43,956 nt of DNA from Planctomycetaceae bacterium (GTDB taxonomy: Bacteria > Planctomycetota > UBA8742 > UBA2392 > JABWBM01), in contig JABWBM010000029.1 in the NCBI GenBank assembly GCA_013360495.1, forward strand, positions 1 through 43,956, in the 5' to 3' direction. Below, in pieces: positions 1 through 8,875 of this stretch. A program made the translations under genes and the position numbers. The notes under the pieces were generated by a model. The model had not been told where the DNA came from. It ran no database searches and saw only the letters and a program-made list of their open reading frames with translations. The first letter of the stretch is position 1. The number at the start of each line of letters is the position of its first letter.

Positions 1-222
1 CCGTTCATGCCAAAGGTGGTCGCTATTGATGATGATGTCGCCGCTATCGGGCCGATCGAGCGTCATCAACAGGCGCAGGAGCGTCGACTTCCCCGACCCA
101 CTACGTCCAATGATGGCGAGGCGCTGGCCAGCCGGAACGTCGAGATCGAGCCCGCGTAGCACCGGCGTGCCGCCGTATGACTTGTGCAAGCTGCGGATAC
201 GTATGACCGGGTCTGCGCTCAC
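1..222 (-). CDS. ehuA: Ectoine/hydroxyectoine ABC transporter ATP-binding protein (5' part; runs off the window)
   Basis: Manual translation from GTG at 222: [61 protein letters not shown]. Walker [10 protein letters not shown] and EhuA-like LRLLMTL; abuts the ehuD stop. Not in the ORF track. Confidence 0.9.
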   Translation of the reverse strand, partial: MSADPVIRIRSLHKSYGGTPVLRGLDLDVPAGQRLAIIGRSGSGKSTLLRLLMTLDRPDSGDIIINSDHLWHER

Positions 223-891
223 CTACGCCCCCCTTACGAGAAGCCGCTTCTCCGTCCAGCGGATCAACGCTGTAGCGGCGAGACTCAACACGAGAAACAC
301 CAACCCGAGCAATGTGTACACCTCGATCGTGCTGCCGGCGCGAGACGCGTAGTTGTTGGATTCCATCAAAAGCTCGCGGAGCGTGATCGCGAACAACAAG
401 GGTGTATCCTTCAACATCGCCACGAGATAGTTCCCGAGGGCGGGAACGATCGGCGGAATAGCCTGAGGAAGGATGACGGAAATCCACGTCCGCGCGCGAC
501 TCATGTTCAGCGCTTTCGCCGCGTCCCACTGGCCACACGAAACGCCTTCGATGCCCGACCGGTACACTTCTGACACATAACAGGCATAGTGAACGCCGAG
601 CATGACAATGCCGATGGTGAGCGTGCTCGCCCATGGTTGACCAGAGAGCAAGAAATACACGAAGAACAGTTGAATCAGCAGCGGCGTCCCACGCACGAAT
701 TCAACAATGAGTGAGATCGTCCTCGATAAAACCCTAAGCCTACTGCGGCGCAGAATGACCAGCGGCAAACCGAGCATCAGCGCGATCATCATGCCGCCAC
801 ACGTCGCGAGCAACGTTGTCACCACTCCTCTGCCGAGGACGGGCAGCGCGTCCCGGGCAACCATCCAGTCCCACGGCACTTCAAGCAACAT
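223..891 (-). CDS. ehuD: Ectoine/hydroxyectoine ABC transporter permease
   Basis: Polar amino acid permease motifs RGTPLLIQLF, SEVYRSGI, GQWDAAKALNM, ILPQAIPP. Start placed at ATG 891 overlapping the end of ehuC (ORF track extends to 927). Confidence 0.9.
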   Translation of the reverse strand: MLLEVPWDWMVARDALPVLGRGVVTTLLATCGGMMIALMLGLPLVILRRSRLRVLSRTISLIVEFVRGTPLLIQLFFVYFLLSGQPWASTLTIGIVMLGVHYACYVSEVYRSGIEGVSCGQWDAAKALNMSRARTWISVILPQAIPPIVPALGNYLVAMLKDTPLLFAITLRELLMESNNYASRAGSTIEVYTLLGLVFLVLSLAATALIRWTEKRLLVRGA

Positions 892-1546
892 GGGCGCCTC
901 CCGCTCTGATGCCGCGGCTGGCGGCAACCTCTATCCGGCGAACCACAAAGGCGGTCAACGCCGCGATGGCGAAATAGAACGCCAGCGAAATACCGAATAT
1001 TTCCGCGGTGCGCTGCGTGCTGTTCTGCAGCACACGGCCATGATGAGCCAGCTCCTCGACGCTGATGAACATGACAAGCGCGGTATTTTTGAGAAGTTCG
1101 ATCTGAAGATTCCCGTAAGGCGGCAGCATGCGGACAAGCGCCTGGGGAAGGATGACATACCTCATGCGGGACCAGCGCGACATATTGAGCGCGGTCGCTG
1201 CCTCCCATTGTCCTCGTGGAATGCTGGTGATGGCGCCGCGAACGATTTCAGCTCCATAGGAAGAGTAGTTGAGTCCCAACCCCAGCACGCCGACAGCGAA
1301 CGCTCCGAGTTCGATTCCAAAGTAAGGAAGAACGTAATAGAGCCAAAACAATAATATGAGAACTGGCAGCCCTCGAAATACGTGAACGTAGAGAGCAGCA
1401 AGCCCTCGCAGCAGAGCGTTCGGCGCGACTCGCCCGAGCCCTGCGAGGGTCGACAGGACGAGGACGGCCAGGCTGGATACGACGTACACTTTGAGGGTGA
1501 CCCAAAGTCCCTGTGTCAAATGTGGAAAGAGATCGAAGAATGGCAC
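881..1546 (-). CDS. ehuC: Ectoine/hydroxyectoine ABC transporter permease
   Basis: Motifs FRGLPVLILLFWLY, YGAEIVRGAI, GQWEAATALNM, ILPQA, IELLKNTALV; position between the binding protein and the second permease. Confidence 0.9.
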   Translation of the reverse strand: MPFFDLFPHLTQGLWVTLKVYVVSSLAVLVLSTLAGLGRVAPNALLRGLAALYVHVFRGLPVLILLFWLYYVLPYFGIELGAFAVGVLGLGLNYSSYGAEIVRGAITSIPRGQWEAATALNMSRWSRMRYVILPQALVRMLPPYGNLQIELLKNTALVMFISVEELAHHGRVLQNSTQRTAEIFGISLAFYFAIAALTAFVVRRIEVAASRGIRAGGAHVA

Positions 1547-1582
1547 GGTACTCCCATAGATTCATCGCGACGCTTTGAGCCG

Positions 1583-2530
1583 TCACTGGTTCCCCGTGAT
1601 GTCGCTGGCTTTCACGTTGCCCGGCAACTCGTCTTTCGTGAATCCGAAACGCGCAATCAACGCGATGTGCTCCGGCGTGCCGATAAACTTCGCCAGCTCG
1701 GCGTTGAAGGCGTCGAGAAATTCGTGGTCATCTTTGCGAAATCCGAACGCGCCATAGTTCTTCGCGCGCCCGTCAATCTTCGGCTGCCGGAACGGCTCCG
1801 CGCGCTCGAGTCCGTCGCCCGCCTTCTTCAAGAGGTCAAGAACGGTGAGCGCTGTTCCGGAAAATGCGTCGATATGCCCGGTCTTCACGCCTGTGAGCGC
1901 TGTGGCGTTATCCGGGAAAACCATCAATCGCGAATCCGGTACGCCCAAATCTTCCGCGAGCTTCAATTCGACCGTGCCGTTCACTACGCCGAGTTTCGCG
2001 TCGCCCTTGGCTACCACGTCCTCAAAACTGTGCAGATTCTTTGGATTGCCGCTTTTCACCAGAAAAGCCTCACCAACGCCGTATGTCGGGTTCGAAAATG
2101 AAATGGTTTTCGCCCGTTCAGGCGTGATGTACATGCCGGCGGCGATCAGGTCGTAGCGCCCGGCGCGAAGTCCCGGAATGAGCTGTCCAAAATCCACAAG
2201 CTTCGCTTCGATACTCGTCACACCGAGGCGTTTGAGAATGACGCGCGCAATTTCAGGCGCTTCGCCCGTTACCTCACCTGTTGCGGTATCGTAATACCCA
2301 AAGGGAGCCTCGTTGGCATAGGCAATGCGGATCGTCCCCGTACGCTTGACCCGCTGGAGCGTCGTCTCATCATTTCTTGAATCGCAAGACGCCACGCTCA
2401 GCACCGTCACGAACGCCATCAGAGGAAAGATTTTTCGCAAAAACAAAGCTCCGAAATGAGAGGTCATGCGGGACGTGGATCGAACTGACGCGAGGGTGGG
2501 GTTCATAGCTACGCCGGTCTTGTCTGACAC
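1583..2530 (-). CDS. ehuB: Ectoine/hydroxyectoine ABC transporter substrate-binding lipoprotein
   Basis: Lipobox-like VASC; motifs ANEAPFGY, TGEAPEIAR, LIPGL, AAGMYITPER, GAFGFRK. True start may be a downstream Met. Confidence 0.9.
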   Translation of the reverse strand: MSDKTGVAMNPTLASVRSTSRMTSHFGALFLRKIFPLMAFVTVLSVASCDSRNDETTLQRVKRTGTIRIAYANEAPFGYYDTATGEVTGEAPEIARVILKRLGVTSIEAKLVDFGQLIPGLRAGRYDLIAAGMYITPERAKTISFSNPTYGVGEAFLVKSGNPKNLHSFEDVVAKGDAKLGVVNGTVELKLAEDLGVPDSRLMVFPDNATALTGVKTGHIDAFSGTALTVLDLLKKAGDGLERAEPFRQPKIDGRAKNYGAFGFRKDDHEFLDAFNAELAKFIGTPEHIALIARFGFTKDELPGNVKASDITGNQ

Positions 2531-2539
2531 TTGAACGTA

Positions 2540-3436
2540 TCACAGCAAATCCACAGGAGTTCCGTCGCGTTCACCAAGGAATGCCGGACGCGGCGCGATC
2601 CCCGCAAAAGGATCGACGAGGGCGTTATCGACGCTGTTGTATACGAAAAATATATTGTCGCGCGGGTAGGGAGACAGATTCCCCGCCGAACCGTGCATCA
2701 GATTGCAATCGAAGAACACCACGGAACCAGCCGGCCCCTTGGGCGCCACGATCCCGCCGCGTTCTACCAACATTGTCAGCGCATCGTAGGATGGTGTGCC
2801 GTAACTTTGCTGGCGCAGCGACACCTTGTAATGATTCTCCGGTGTGTCGCCGACACATCGAATGTAGAGTTCATGGGACCGGGGAATAACCATCAAGGAC
2901 CCGTTGAACTCGTTGTTGTCGGAAAGCCAGATCGCCGCGCTGACCGCCCTCATGCGCGGCATACCGTCTTCCATGTGCCAGGTCTCGAAGTCCGAATGCC
3001 AGAAGAACTCGCGCCCTTCGAAGCCGCGCTTGTAGTTGATCCGCGATTGATGCACGGAGACGTCGCTTCCGAGGATTTGCCTCGCGACGCCGGCAAGGCG
3101 ATGATCCTTCACGAGACGCTTGAAGACAGGGCTCAAACGATGGACTCGAAACACTGAGCGCACGGTGTCGTTATTCGGCTCGATGACGACCTCTTCCCGG
3201 GCGCGATCGATGCCGCCATTGGCGAGACGGTCTGCCTCGTCGCGCCATGCTCGCACGTCATCATCCGAAAACAATTTGTCGACGAAGAGAAAACCGTCAC
3301 GTTCGAAACGCTGCAGGTGCTCCGCGGGCAGTAGCCCTCGCCCATCGCCCCACAGCACAGGATCGGCCCGATCTCCATATCCCCACGCCCCCGATACACG
3401 GGAGAAGTAGGGATCGGTCTGACTCATCGTTTTCAT
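2540..3436 (-). CDS. ectD: Ectoine hydroxylase
   Basis: EctD signature FFWHSDFETWHMEDGMP, plus HQSRINYK and FDCNLMHGS. Confidence 0.97.
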   Translation of the reverse strand: MKTMSQTDPYFSRVSGAWGYGDRADPVLWGDGRGLLPAEHLQRFERDGFLFVDKLFSDDDVRAWRDEADRLANGGIDRAREEVVIEPNNDTVRSVFRVHRLSPVFKRLVKDHRLAGVARQILGSDVSVHQSRINYKRGFEGREFFWHSDFETWHMEDGMPRMRAVSAAIWLSDNNEFNGSLMVIPRSHELYIRCVGDTPENHYKVSLRQQSYGTPSYDALTMLVERGGIVAPKGPAGSVVFFDCNLMHGSAGNLSPYPRDNIFFVYNSVDNALVDPFAGIAPRPAFLGERDGTPVDLL

Positions 3437-3562
3437 GAATCCGCGCCCTCAGCGGCTAGTGGCTCGCGCCACCTTTATTTTGGGATTTCGATTTGTCCAA
3501 GTCTTCAAACGCTCCCGTTGGTCGCGAAAAAATCTACCCCGAACGATAGCCGTCAATGACCA

Positions 3563-3958
3563 CTACCCCTGAACTTCGTTCACGAGCGGATAAGCGCCGG
3601 TTGCATCATGCACTTCCGCGCCAGACACAGGCGGGTTGAAGACGCACACCATGCGCATCTGTGTCTCCGCACGAAGAATATGACGGTCGTGTGCATCGAG
3701 CGCATAGACGGTACCAGGCACGATTGCATAGTTTTCGCCGGAATCCACATGGGTGATGCTTCCCCTGCCCTCAACGCAATACACCGCCTCGAGGTGATTG
3801 GCATATCGCATTTCGAGACAAGCGCCGGCATGCACCAGCGTATCGTGCAGCGAAAAACCCATGCCATGCTTGCGGAGAAGCAGACGCCGGCTCGTCCATC
3901 CGTCCTGTTTCACTTCGTGCTCGGTGCCGAGCACATCGTCAAGTGATCGCACGATCAT
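3563..3958 (-). CDS. ectC: L-ectoine synthase
   Basis: MIVRSLDDV...WTSRRLLL...MGFSLHDT...YANHLEAVYCVEG...YALDAHDRHIL...CVFNPP. ATG at 3958 overlaps the ectB stop (ATGA); the ORF-track extension to 4243 lies inside ectB. Confidence 0.97.
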   Translation of the reverse strand: MIVRSLDDVLGTEHEVKQDGWTSRRLLLRKHGMGFSLHDTLVHAGACLEMRYANHLEAVYCVEGRGSITHVDSGENYAIVPGTVYALDAHDRHILRAETQMRMVCVFNPPVSGAEVHDATGAYPLVNEVQG

Positions 3959-5244
3959 GCCATGACCTCCTGAGTCCTGGTCGTACGGGGAGAATCCTTC
4001 CTTGCCGAAAGAACCTGATCGATACATGTGTCGATGGTGTTGAGCCCACGCTGTAAATCCGATTCGTCGATCGTGAGCGGCGGCAGCAACTTCAGCACTT
4101 CCCCCTGAGATCCGGATGTTTCCACGAGCATCCCGCGCGAGAATGCCGCGGCGGAAATCGCCGGCGCGACGGAGCTGTCGCCGAACGCCAATCCCTGAAT
4201 CATACCCCTGCCGCGCCATTCGCCCCCATAGCGGCGCGCGCACTGCCTGAGACGATCCTCGATAATCGCGGCCTTGAGACTTACGGCGCGACTCAGAGAG
4301 TCATGGGACCAGAACAATTCGAGGGCTTTCGCCGCCGTTACGAAAGCGTGGTTGTTGCCACGGAATGTGCCGTTGTGCTCGCCAGGCTTCCAGATATCGA
4401 GTTCCGGCTTGAACAACGTCAGCGCCAACGGAAGCCCGAACGCCGAAAGCGACTTTGACAGGCAGATGATGTCTGGCTGGATGCCATACTCCTCGAAGCT
4501 AAAGAAGAGACCGGTACGCCCGCATCCCACCTGCACGTCATCAACGATCAACAGAGCCTTGTGCTTTCTTGCAAGCGATTCCAATTCGCGAAGCCACGAC
4601 CCGGACGCTACGTTGATGCCGCCTTCCGCCTGCACGGTCTCGACAATAAACGCCGCGGGAGCGTCGAGGCCGCTACTGCCATCGCTCAACATCGTTTCGA
4701 TCTGCGCGATGGTATCGACGCCTTCGCCGAAGTATCCGTCGAATGGCGCGCAGAACGTGTGGCCGAGCGGTACTCCCGCTCCATTGCGCTTCATCTCGTT
4801 GCCGGTGACGGCGAGAGAGCCGAGCGTCATGCCGTGAAAAGCGTTGGTGAACGAGATGACGAGGCTGCGCCCGGTGACCTTCCTCGCAAGCTTGAGTGCG
4901 GACTCGACGGAATTCGTTCCTGTCGGGCCGGGGAACATCACCTTGTAGTCCATTTTTCGCGGCTCAAGGATGATGCGCTCGAAGGCTTCGAGCAGACGGC
5001 ATTTCGCGTCGGTCGTCATGTCGAGGGAATGCGCGATACCGTTTCCGGAGATGTAGCTGACAAGCGCGTCTTTCAGCGCCGGATGGTTGTGTCCATAGTT
5101 GAGCGACCCCGCGCCGGAAAAGAAATCCAGGTACTCGGCGCCTTTTCCGTCCCAGAGCTTGCTCCCCAAAGCTTTTGAAAACGTCGCCGGAAAGGTGCGG
5201 CAGTAACTTCGAACTTCCGATTCTCTTCGCGCGATAACATTCAT
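3955..5244 (-). CDS. ectB: Diaminobutyrate--2-oxoglutarate transaminase
   Basis: Motifs ESEVRSYCR, DFFSGAGSLNYGHN, FPGPTGTNSVE, ETVQAEGG, DDVQVGCGRTG, LSKS (PLP lysine), PGEHNGTFRGN. Confidence 0.97.
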   Translation of the reverse strand: MNVIARRESEVRSYCRTFPATFSKALGSKLWDGKGAEYLDFFSGAGSLNYGHNHPALKDALVSYISGNGIAHSLDMTTDAKCRLLEAFERIILEPRKMDYKVMFPGPTGTNSVESALKLARKVTGRSLVISFTNAFHGMTLGSLAVTGNEMKRNGAGVPLGHTFCAPFDGYFGEGVDTIAQIETMLSDGSSGLDAPAAFIVETVQAEGGINVASGSWLRELESLARKHKALLIVDDVQVGCGRTGLFFSFEEYGIQPDIICLSKSLSAFGLPLALTLFKPELDIWKPGEHNGTFRGNNHAFVTAAKALELFWSHDSLSRAVSLKAAIIEDRLRQCARRYGGEWRGRGMIQGLAFGDSSVAPAISAAAFSRGMLVETSGSQGEVLKLLPPLTIDESDLQRGLNTIDTCIDQVLSARKDSPRTTRTQEVMA

Positions 5245-5810
5245 GACAGTCCTTTCGTCGCTTCAAGGATTCCAATTCGATAGAGCTCCTCGGCCTCATG
5301 CTTTTCGTCGCCGAAATCATCCTCCGTAAAACCCACGGAGACTTCGAGTGACGCTCCATACCGCTCCCCAAACGACCTGAACAAGCGCTGCGATGGGAGA
5401 TTGGAGGGAGTGACCGTGGCCTCGATGAACTTCAATCGCAGGTCACGCGCCCTTGAGGCGCACTCGCGCAGGAGACGCGTCGCGAGGCCCAGACCCCGCG
5501 CGCGTTCGGCTACAACCACCTGCCAGATGAAGAGCGTATCGCGGCGGCGCAGCGACGGCAGCGCCAGAACCGCGCCGGCAAGCTCGCTTTCGATTTCCGC
5601 TACGACGGACGTCGCGCCAAAGTGCTCACCGATCATGAGGTAGGCGTATACGGAATTTTGGTCGAGCACACCTGACTCCTTTACGAGTCTGTGCATTCCG
5701 GGTCCGTCCTTTGCGCGTGCCTCTCGAAATCTGACATCGGGTCGCGCGGCAGATTTCCCGCCCATGACGGGGTTTGCGACGACAACCGTACCGCTCGCTG
5801 GGTCAAGCAT
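5241..5810 (-). CDS. ectA: Diaminobutyrate acetyltransferase
   Basis: GNAT fold with LDQNSVYAYL, LFIWQVVV, ARGLGLA, EATVTPSN..S..LF, HEAEELYRIG; overlaps the ectB start. Confidence 0.95.
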   Translation of the reverse strand: MLDPASGTVVVANPVMGGKSAARPDVRFREARAKDGPGMHRLVKESGVLDQNSVYAYLMIGEHFGATSVVAEIESELAGAVLALPSLRRRDTLFIWQVVVAERARGLGLATRLLRECASRARDLRLKFIEATVTPSNLPSQRLFRSFGERYGASLEVSVGFTEDDFGDEKHEAEELYRIGILEATKGLS

Positions 5811-5871
5811 AAAACATCCGGGTTACGCCATTCGAATCGCGGCAAACACTCGCATCCTGATTCAAGAAAAA

Positions 5872-5893
5872 AATGATTCTATATAGAATCGTT
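5872..5893. promoter_or_regulatory. Palindromic candidate operator between divergent ectA and ectR
   Basis: Perfect 16-bp palindrome GATTCTATATAGAATC (5875-5890) in an AT-rich divergent promoter region. Confidence 0.55.
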
Positions 5894-5993
5894 CTAATTG
5901 AAAGTATTTGTTTGGCGTGATCGAAGAGCGGAACGTTTTGCGTTGTTTCAATGGTGATTCGTGATAGCGTTACCGTCCTTAACAGGCTCGACG

Positions 5994-6554
5994 ATGAAGA
6001 AGCGTGCCAAGCCGAAATCAAGTGCTCTCGACCGGGTTGCGCCAGCGAACCGGCGGAACGAGATTCCGGCGTCAAAGCCGGACCTCCTGATTTTGCAAGC
6101 GCTTCGCCGCATCATCCGGGCGGTCGACATGCATTCACGAAAACTCACCCACAGCTATGGAATCACAGGCCCGCAGTTGGTGTGCCTCAAGACGCTCATT
6201 GACGAGGGCCCGATGTCGCTTACGACGCTCGCGCGGCGGGTCCATGTCGGCGGCAGCACGATCACGGGAATCATTGACCGGCTCGTCGCCAAAGGGCTCG
6301 TGCTGCGCGTCCAGGACGCGGGAGACCGGCGAAGAAGCGTCGTCAGCGCGACAAAGAAAGCGTCCGGTTTTGTGTCCAAAGCTCCGTCTCCACTTCAGGA
6401 AACGTTCGCCACACGCCTCGCCAAGCTCCCCGAGCTGGAGCAGGCGGCCATCGCCATGTCGTTGCAGCGTATCGTCCACTTGATGGAAGCCGAGGATATC
6501 GACGCGGCCCCAATTCTTCACGGCTCCGAACGGCTTGCGGACGATCCCGCGTAG
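5994..6554 (+). CDS. ectR: MarR-family regulator of ectoine synthesis
   Basis: ILQALRRIIRAVDMHSRKL...GITGPQL...TITGIIDRL...DRR...APSPLQE...LQRIVHLMEAEDIDAAPIL is EctR/CosR-type; divergent from ectA. Confidence 0.85.
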   Translation: MKKRAKPKSSALDRVAPANRRNEIPASKPDLLILQALRRIIRAVDMHSRKLTHSYGITGPQLVCLKTLIDEGPMSLTTLARRVHVGGSTITGIIDRLVAKGLVLRVQDAGDRRRSVVSATKKASGFVSKAPSPLQETFATRLAKLPELEQAAIAMSLQRIVHLMEAEDIDAAPILHGSERLADDPA

Positions 6555-6786
6555 AGACAGACAATCGACTATGCTCGCCAGCGACCCCTGTTGGCGGTCT
6601 TTGTTCGCGACCGGAAACGACTGTCACGAATGGCGTCAGGGCTTCCACGGACACCGCCATTCCCAAGCGTGGGAAGCATCTTCAAAAAAGCATCAGGGCG
6701 CGTGATTGGACCCCTTCCCCCCACCGAGATGCGCGACTCCCGAACTCTCCATCACGATATCAGGACTGCTGCAAAGTCCTCTTTTC

Positions 6787-6847
6787 CGTCATTCCCGCGA
6801 CTCGCCTCGGCGAAGCGCTTTGGCGTAGCCGTGAGGCGGGAATCCAG
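6787..6847. repeat. REP-like palindromic repeat, family A (CGTCATTCCCGC...GCGGGAATCCAG)
   Basis: Same motif recurs at about 10363, 12376, 18768, 20987, 30464 and 35661. Confidence 0.7.
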
Positions 6848-6970
6848 AACTTACCCCGGACATTGCTTGGCTCTTGAGATTGTTAATGCTCGAAAATTCA
6901 GGGTTGCTAATTTTCATGACTTTGCAGCAGTCCTGATCACGATAGGGTGCGGTAACTGGTTGTCGGCGCT

Positions 6971-7037
6971 TCTTCTCCCTCTCCCTGCTAGGGAGAGGGC
7001 CGGGGTGAGGGTTTCATTGAAAAATCACCCTCACCTG
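6971..7037. repeat. REP-like palindrome (CCCTCTCCC...GGGAGAGGG-CCGGGGTGAGGG...CCCTCACC type)
   Basis: Inverted repeat ccctctccct-gct-agggagaggg followed by ggtgaggg...ccctcacc; single copy in the window. Confidence 0.55.
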
Positions 7038-7183
7038 CTCGCTGCGCTCGCTTCCCTCTTGCGGAGGGATTTCCAGCGTCATCGACAACCAGTTACCGCA
7101 CCCATGTCGCATGTCTCGTTGACCTTGCTACCGGAATGAACTAGAGTTCACGTCCCGACTTCGAGAGTAGAGATGCTCTTTGA

Positions 7184-7260
7184 CGGGCCGTAGCGCAGCC
7201 TGGTAGCGCACTTCCTTGGGGTGGAAGGGGTCGGGAGTTCAAATCTCCCCGGCCCGACCA
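7184..7260 (+). tRNA. tRNA-Pro (anticodon GGG)
   Basis: 77 nt; acceptor stem CGGGCCG/CGGCCCG, D-arm AGCCTGGTAGC, anticodon arm CTTCC-TT GGG GT-GGAAG, T-loop GTTCAAATC, encoded CCA. Confidence 0.96.
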
Positions 7261-7312
7261 GCATAAACCCGTGTGGCTCTTGAACTTGAGAGCCATGCGG
7301 GTTTTGCTTTTA
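7261..7312 (+). terminator. Long hairpin immediately downstream of tRNA-Pro
   Basis: gcataaacccgtgtggctct...agagccatgcgggttttgc followed by tttt. Confidence 0.6.
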
Positions 7313-7500
7313 TCCCGCAAAAATCGTCGCGTCACCCAAAACGTCACCCATTCTTTCACTTTTTCGCAACCAAAGAGTCCATATTCAGGCGCACTTGCGG
7401 GAGTATTTCGGCCCAATCTGGCACACCGCATTGTCCTATAACGCGCCCAAGTCCGATAGAATGCTGGCTCATGTGGCAAACGACAGAATGAGAAATAGAA

Positions 7501-7995
7501 ATGGGGAAGCACCTCGGCAGCTATATCGAACAGGAGCGCATCCGGCAGGGCCTGCGGCGGTCGGAGCTGGCCACCCATGCCGGGTGGCGAAGCACCAAGG
7601 GCTGCCGGAAAATTACGGCGCTTGAGCGCGGCGAGGAAGTTGACGAGGCGGCGCTGCGCCGCCTCGTCCCAGTACTGAACCTCAACCCTAGTGTCATCGA
7701 AATGCTCTTGGAGCGCGACCGGCAAGACTTACTCGCGGAAATCAAGCGGCAGGAAGTCGGGTTTCAACCCTACATGCTCATTCGGCTATTGGCTGCCGTA
7801 TTCATGCGCGTCGAGATTCCCGTTGACGTAGAGCGCGACGAATTCCATTTGCGCGAGTTCGCCCGCGCTCACGCGGAGCACATCAGGCGGCAGGTCTGCC
7901 TAGCCGTCGGCCCCGTGCGCTGTGTCTGGATCAGCCCCGACGACCCGAATGAATGGGTGGAGGATGCCACGCCGCCGCGTCCGTTGTTTCGATAG
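7501..7995 (+). CDS. XRE-type helix-turn-helix protein
   Basis: LGSYIEQERIRQGLRRSELATHAG...KITALERG resembles an HTH_3 N-terminus; C-terminal region unrecognised. Confidence 0.7.
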   Translation: MGKHLGSYIEQERIRQGLRRSELATHAGWRSTKGCRKITALERGEEVDEAALRRLVPVLNLNPSVIEMLLERDRQDLLAEIKRQEVGFQPYMLIRLLAAVFMRVEIPVDVERDEFHLREFARAHAEHIRRQVCLAVGPVRCVWISPDDPNEWVEDATPPRPLFR

Positions 7996-8056
7996 GCCGA
8001 GTCACCACGATCAACCGGTTGCCCGCTCTGGAAGCCTGACAGACAATGCGGGCAAC

Positions 8057-8875
8057 ATGCTTCGAGCGCGACTGAAAAGAAAAGCAGAGCAATTGGAACT
8101 TCCGGGTCATCTCGGTCCCGGTGAAATTGCGAAACTTGTCAATAGCTCAAGAACGGCTGTTTCGGCGGCCATTCATCGCCATGCTTTGGATTATTACATC
8201 GGCCAAAAACCGGAGAAAGACGGTCGTGTTCGCATCAACCTGAAAGACTTTTCTTTCGCGCTGCGAAGAGCCAACCCTACTTTCGATTCTCAGGTTTATG
8301 CACTACAGGAAGAATTGAACATCAAGGCAGATGCTCTGGAGACGACACGTCAACGGATTGTGAGAGCAGCAGAGCGTTGTGGCGCTGTCGAACCATTCAC
8401 TGTCACACAATGCGCTGACATTCTGAATATTTCAAGAAAGCTGCTCACCAAGACTCTCAAGGCCCATCAACCCCGATTGGTTACATTTGATCTTTGTCCG
8501 GTACTAACGCGAGGCCCAATGCCGATGGTCTGGAGCGACGAGCTTGCATTGTTCACCTGCCGGACGAATCAACCGCTACCGAAGTCCAAGGTGAGCGATT
8601 CGACAATCAGATGTCTCGATTGGATCAAGGGCACCCTTGTTTGTTGTGCGTCCCGGCACGGCATTCGAGAGCCATACACTATTTACGACGTTATGCGCAT
8701 CCTCAAAATCAGCAAGCAAAGAGTAACTCGCCCGCTCTCGAACGGCGAGGCACCCTTGATCGCATTCGACGTTGGCACCGGCAGTCGCAGGATATGGCGT
8801 ATCTGGAACGACGATCTCTCTTGGCACCTTATGCTCGGAAATCGTGACCGATGGAGGGATGTCGATGGACATTGA
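8057..8875 (+). CDS. Protein with three tandem excisionase/MerR-like HTH domains
   Basis: Repeats LGPGEIAKLVNSSRTAV, EPFTVTQCADILNISRKLL, EPYTIYDVMRILKISKQRV. Start placed at ATG 8057. Confidence 0.65.
   Translation: MLRARLKRKAEQLELPGHLGPGEIAKLVNSSRTAVSAAIHRHALDYYIGQKPEKDGRVRINLKDFSFALRRANPTFDSQVYALQEELNIKADALETTRQRIVRAAERCGAVEPFTVTQCADILNISRKLLTKTLKAHQPRLVTFDLCPVLTRGPMPMVWSDELALFTCRTNQPLPKSKVSDSTIRCLDWIKGTLVCCASRHGIREPYTIYDVMRILKISKQRVTRPLSNGEAPLIAFDVGTGSRRIWRIWNDDLSWHLMLGNRDRWRDVDGH

Noticed and set aside
6591-7725. ORFs 6591-7139 (+) and 7141-7725 (-)
   Set aside because: They run through REP palindromes and antisense across the tRNA, with no protein-like features.
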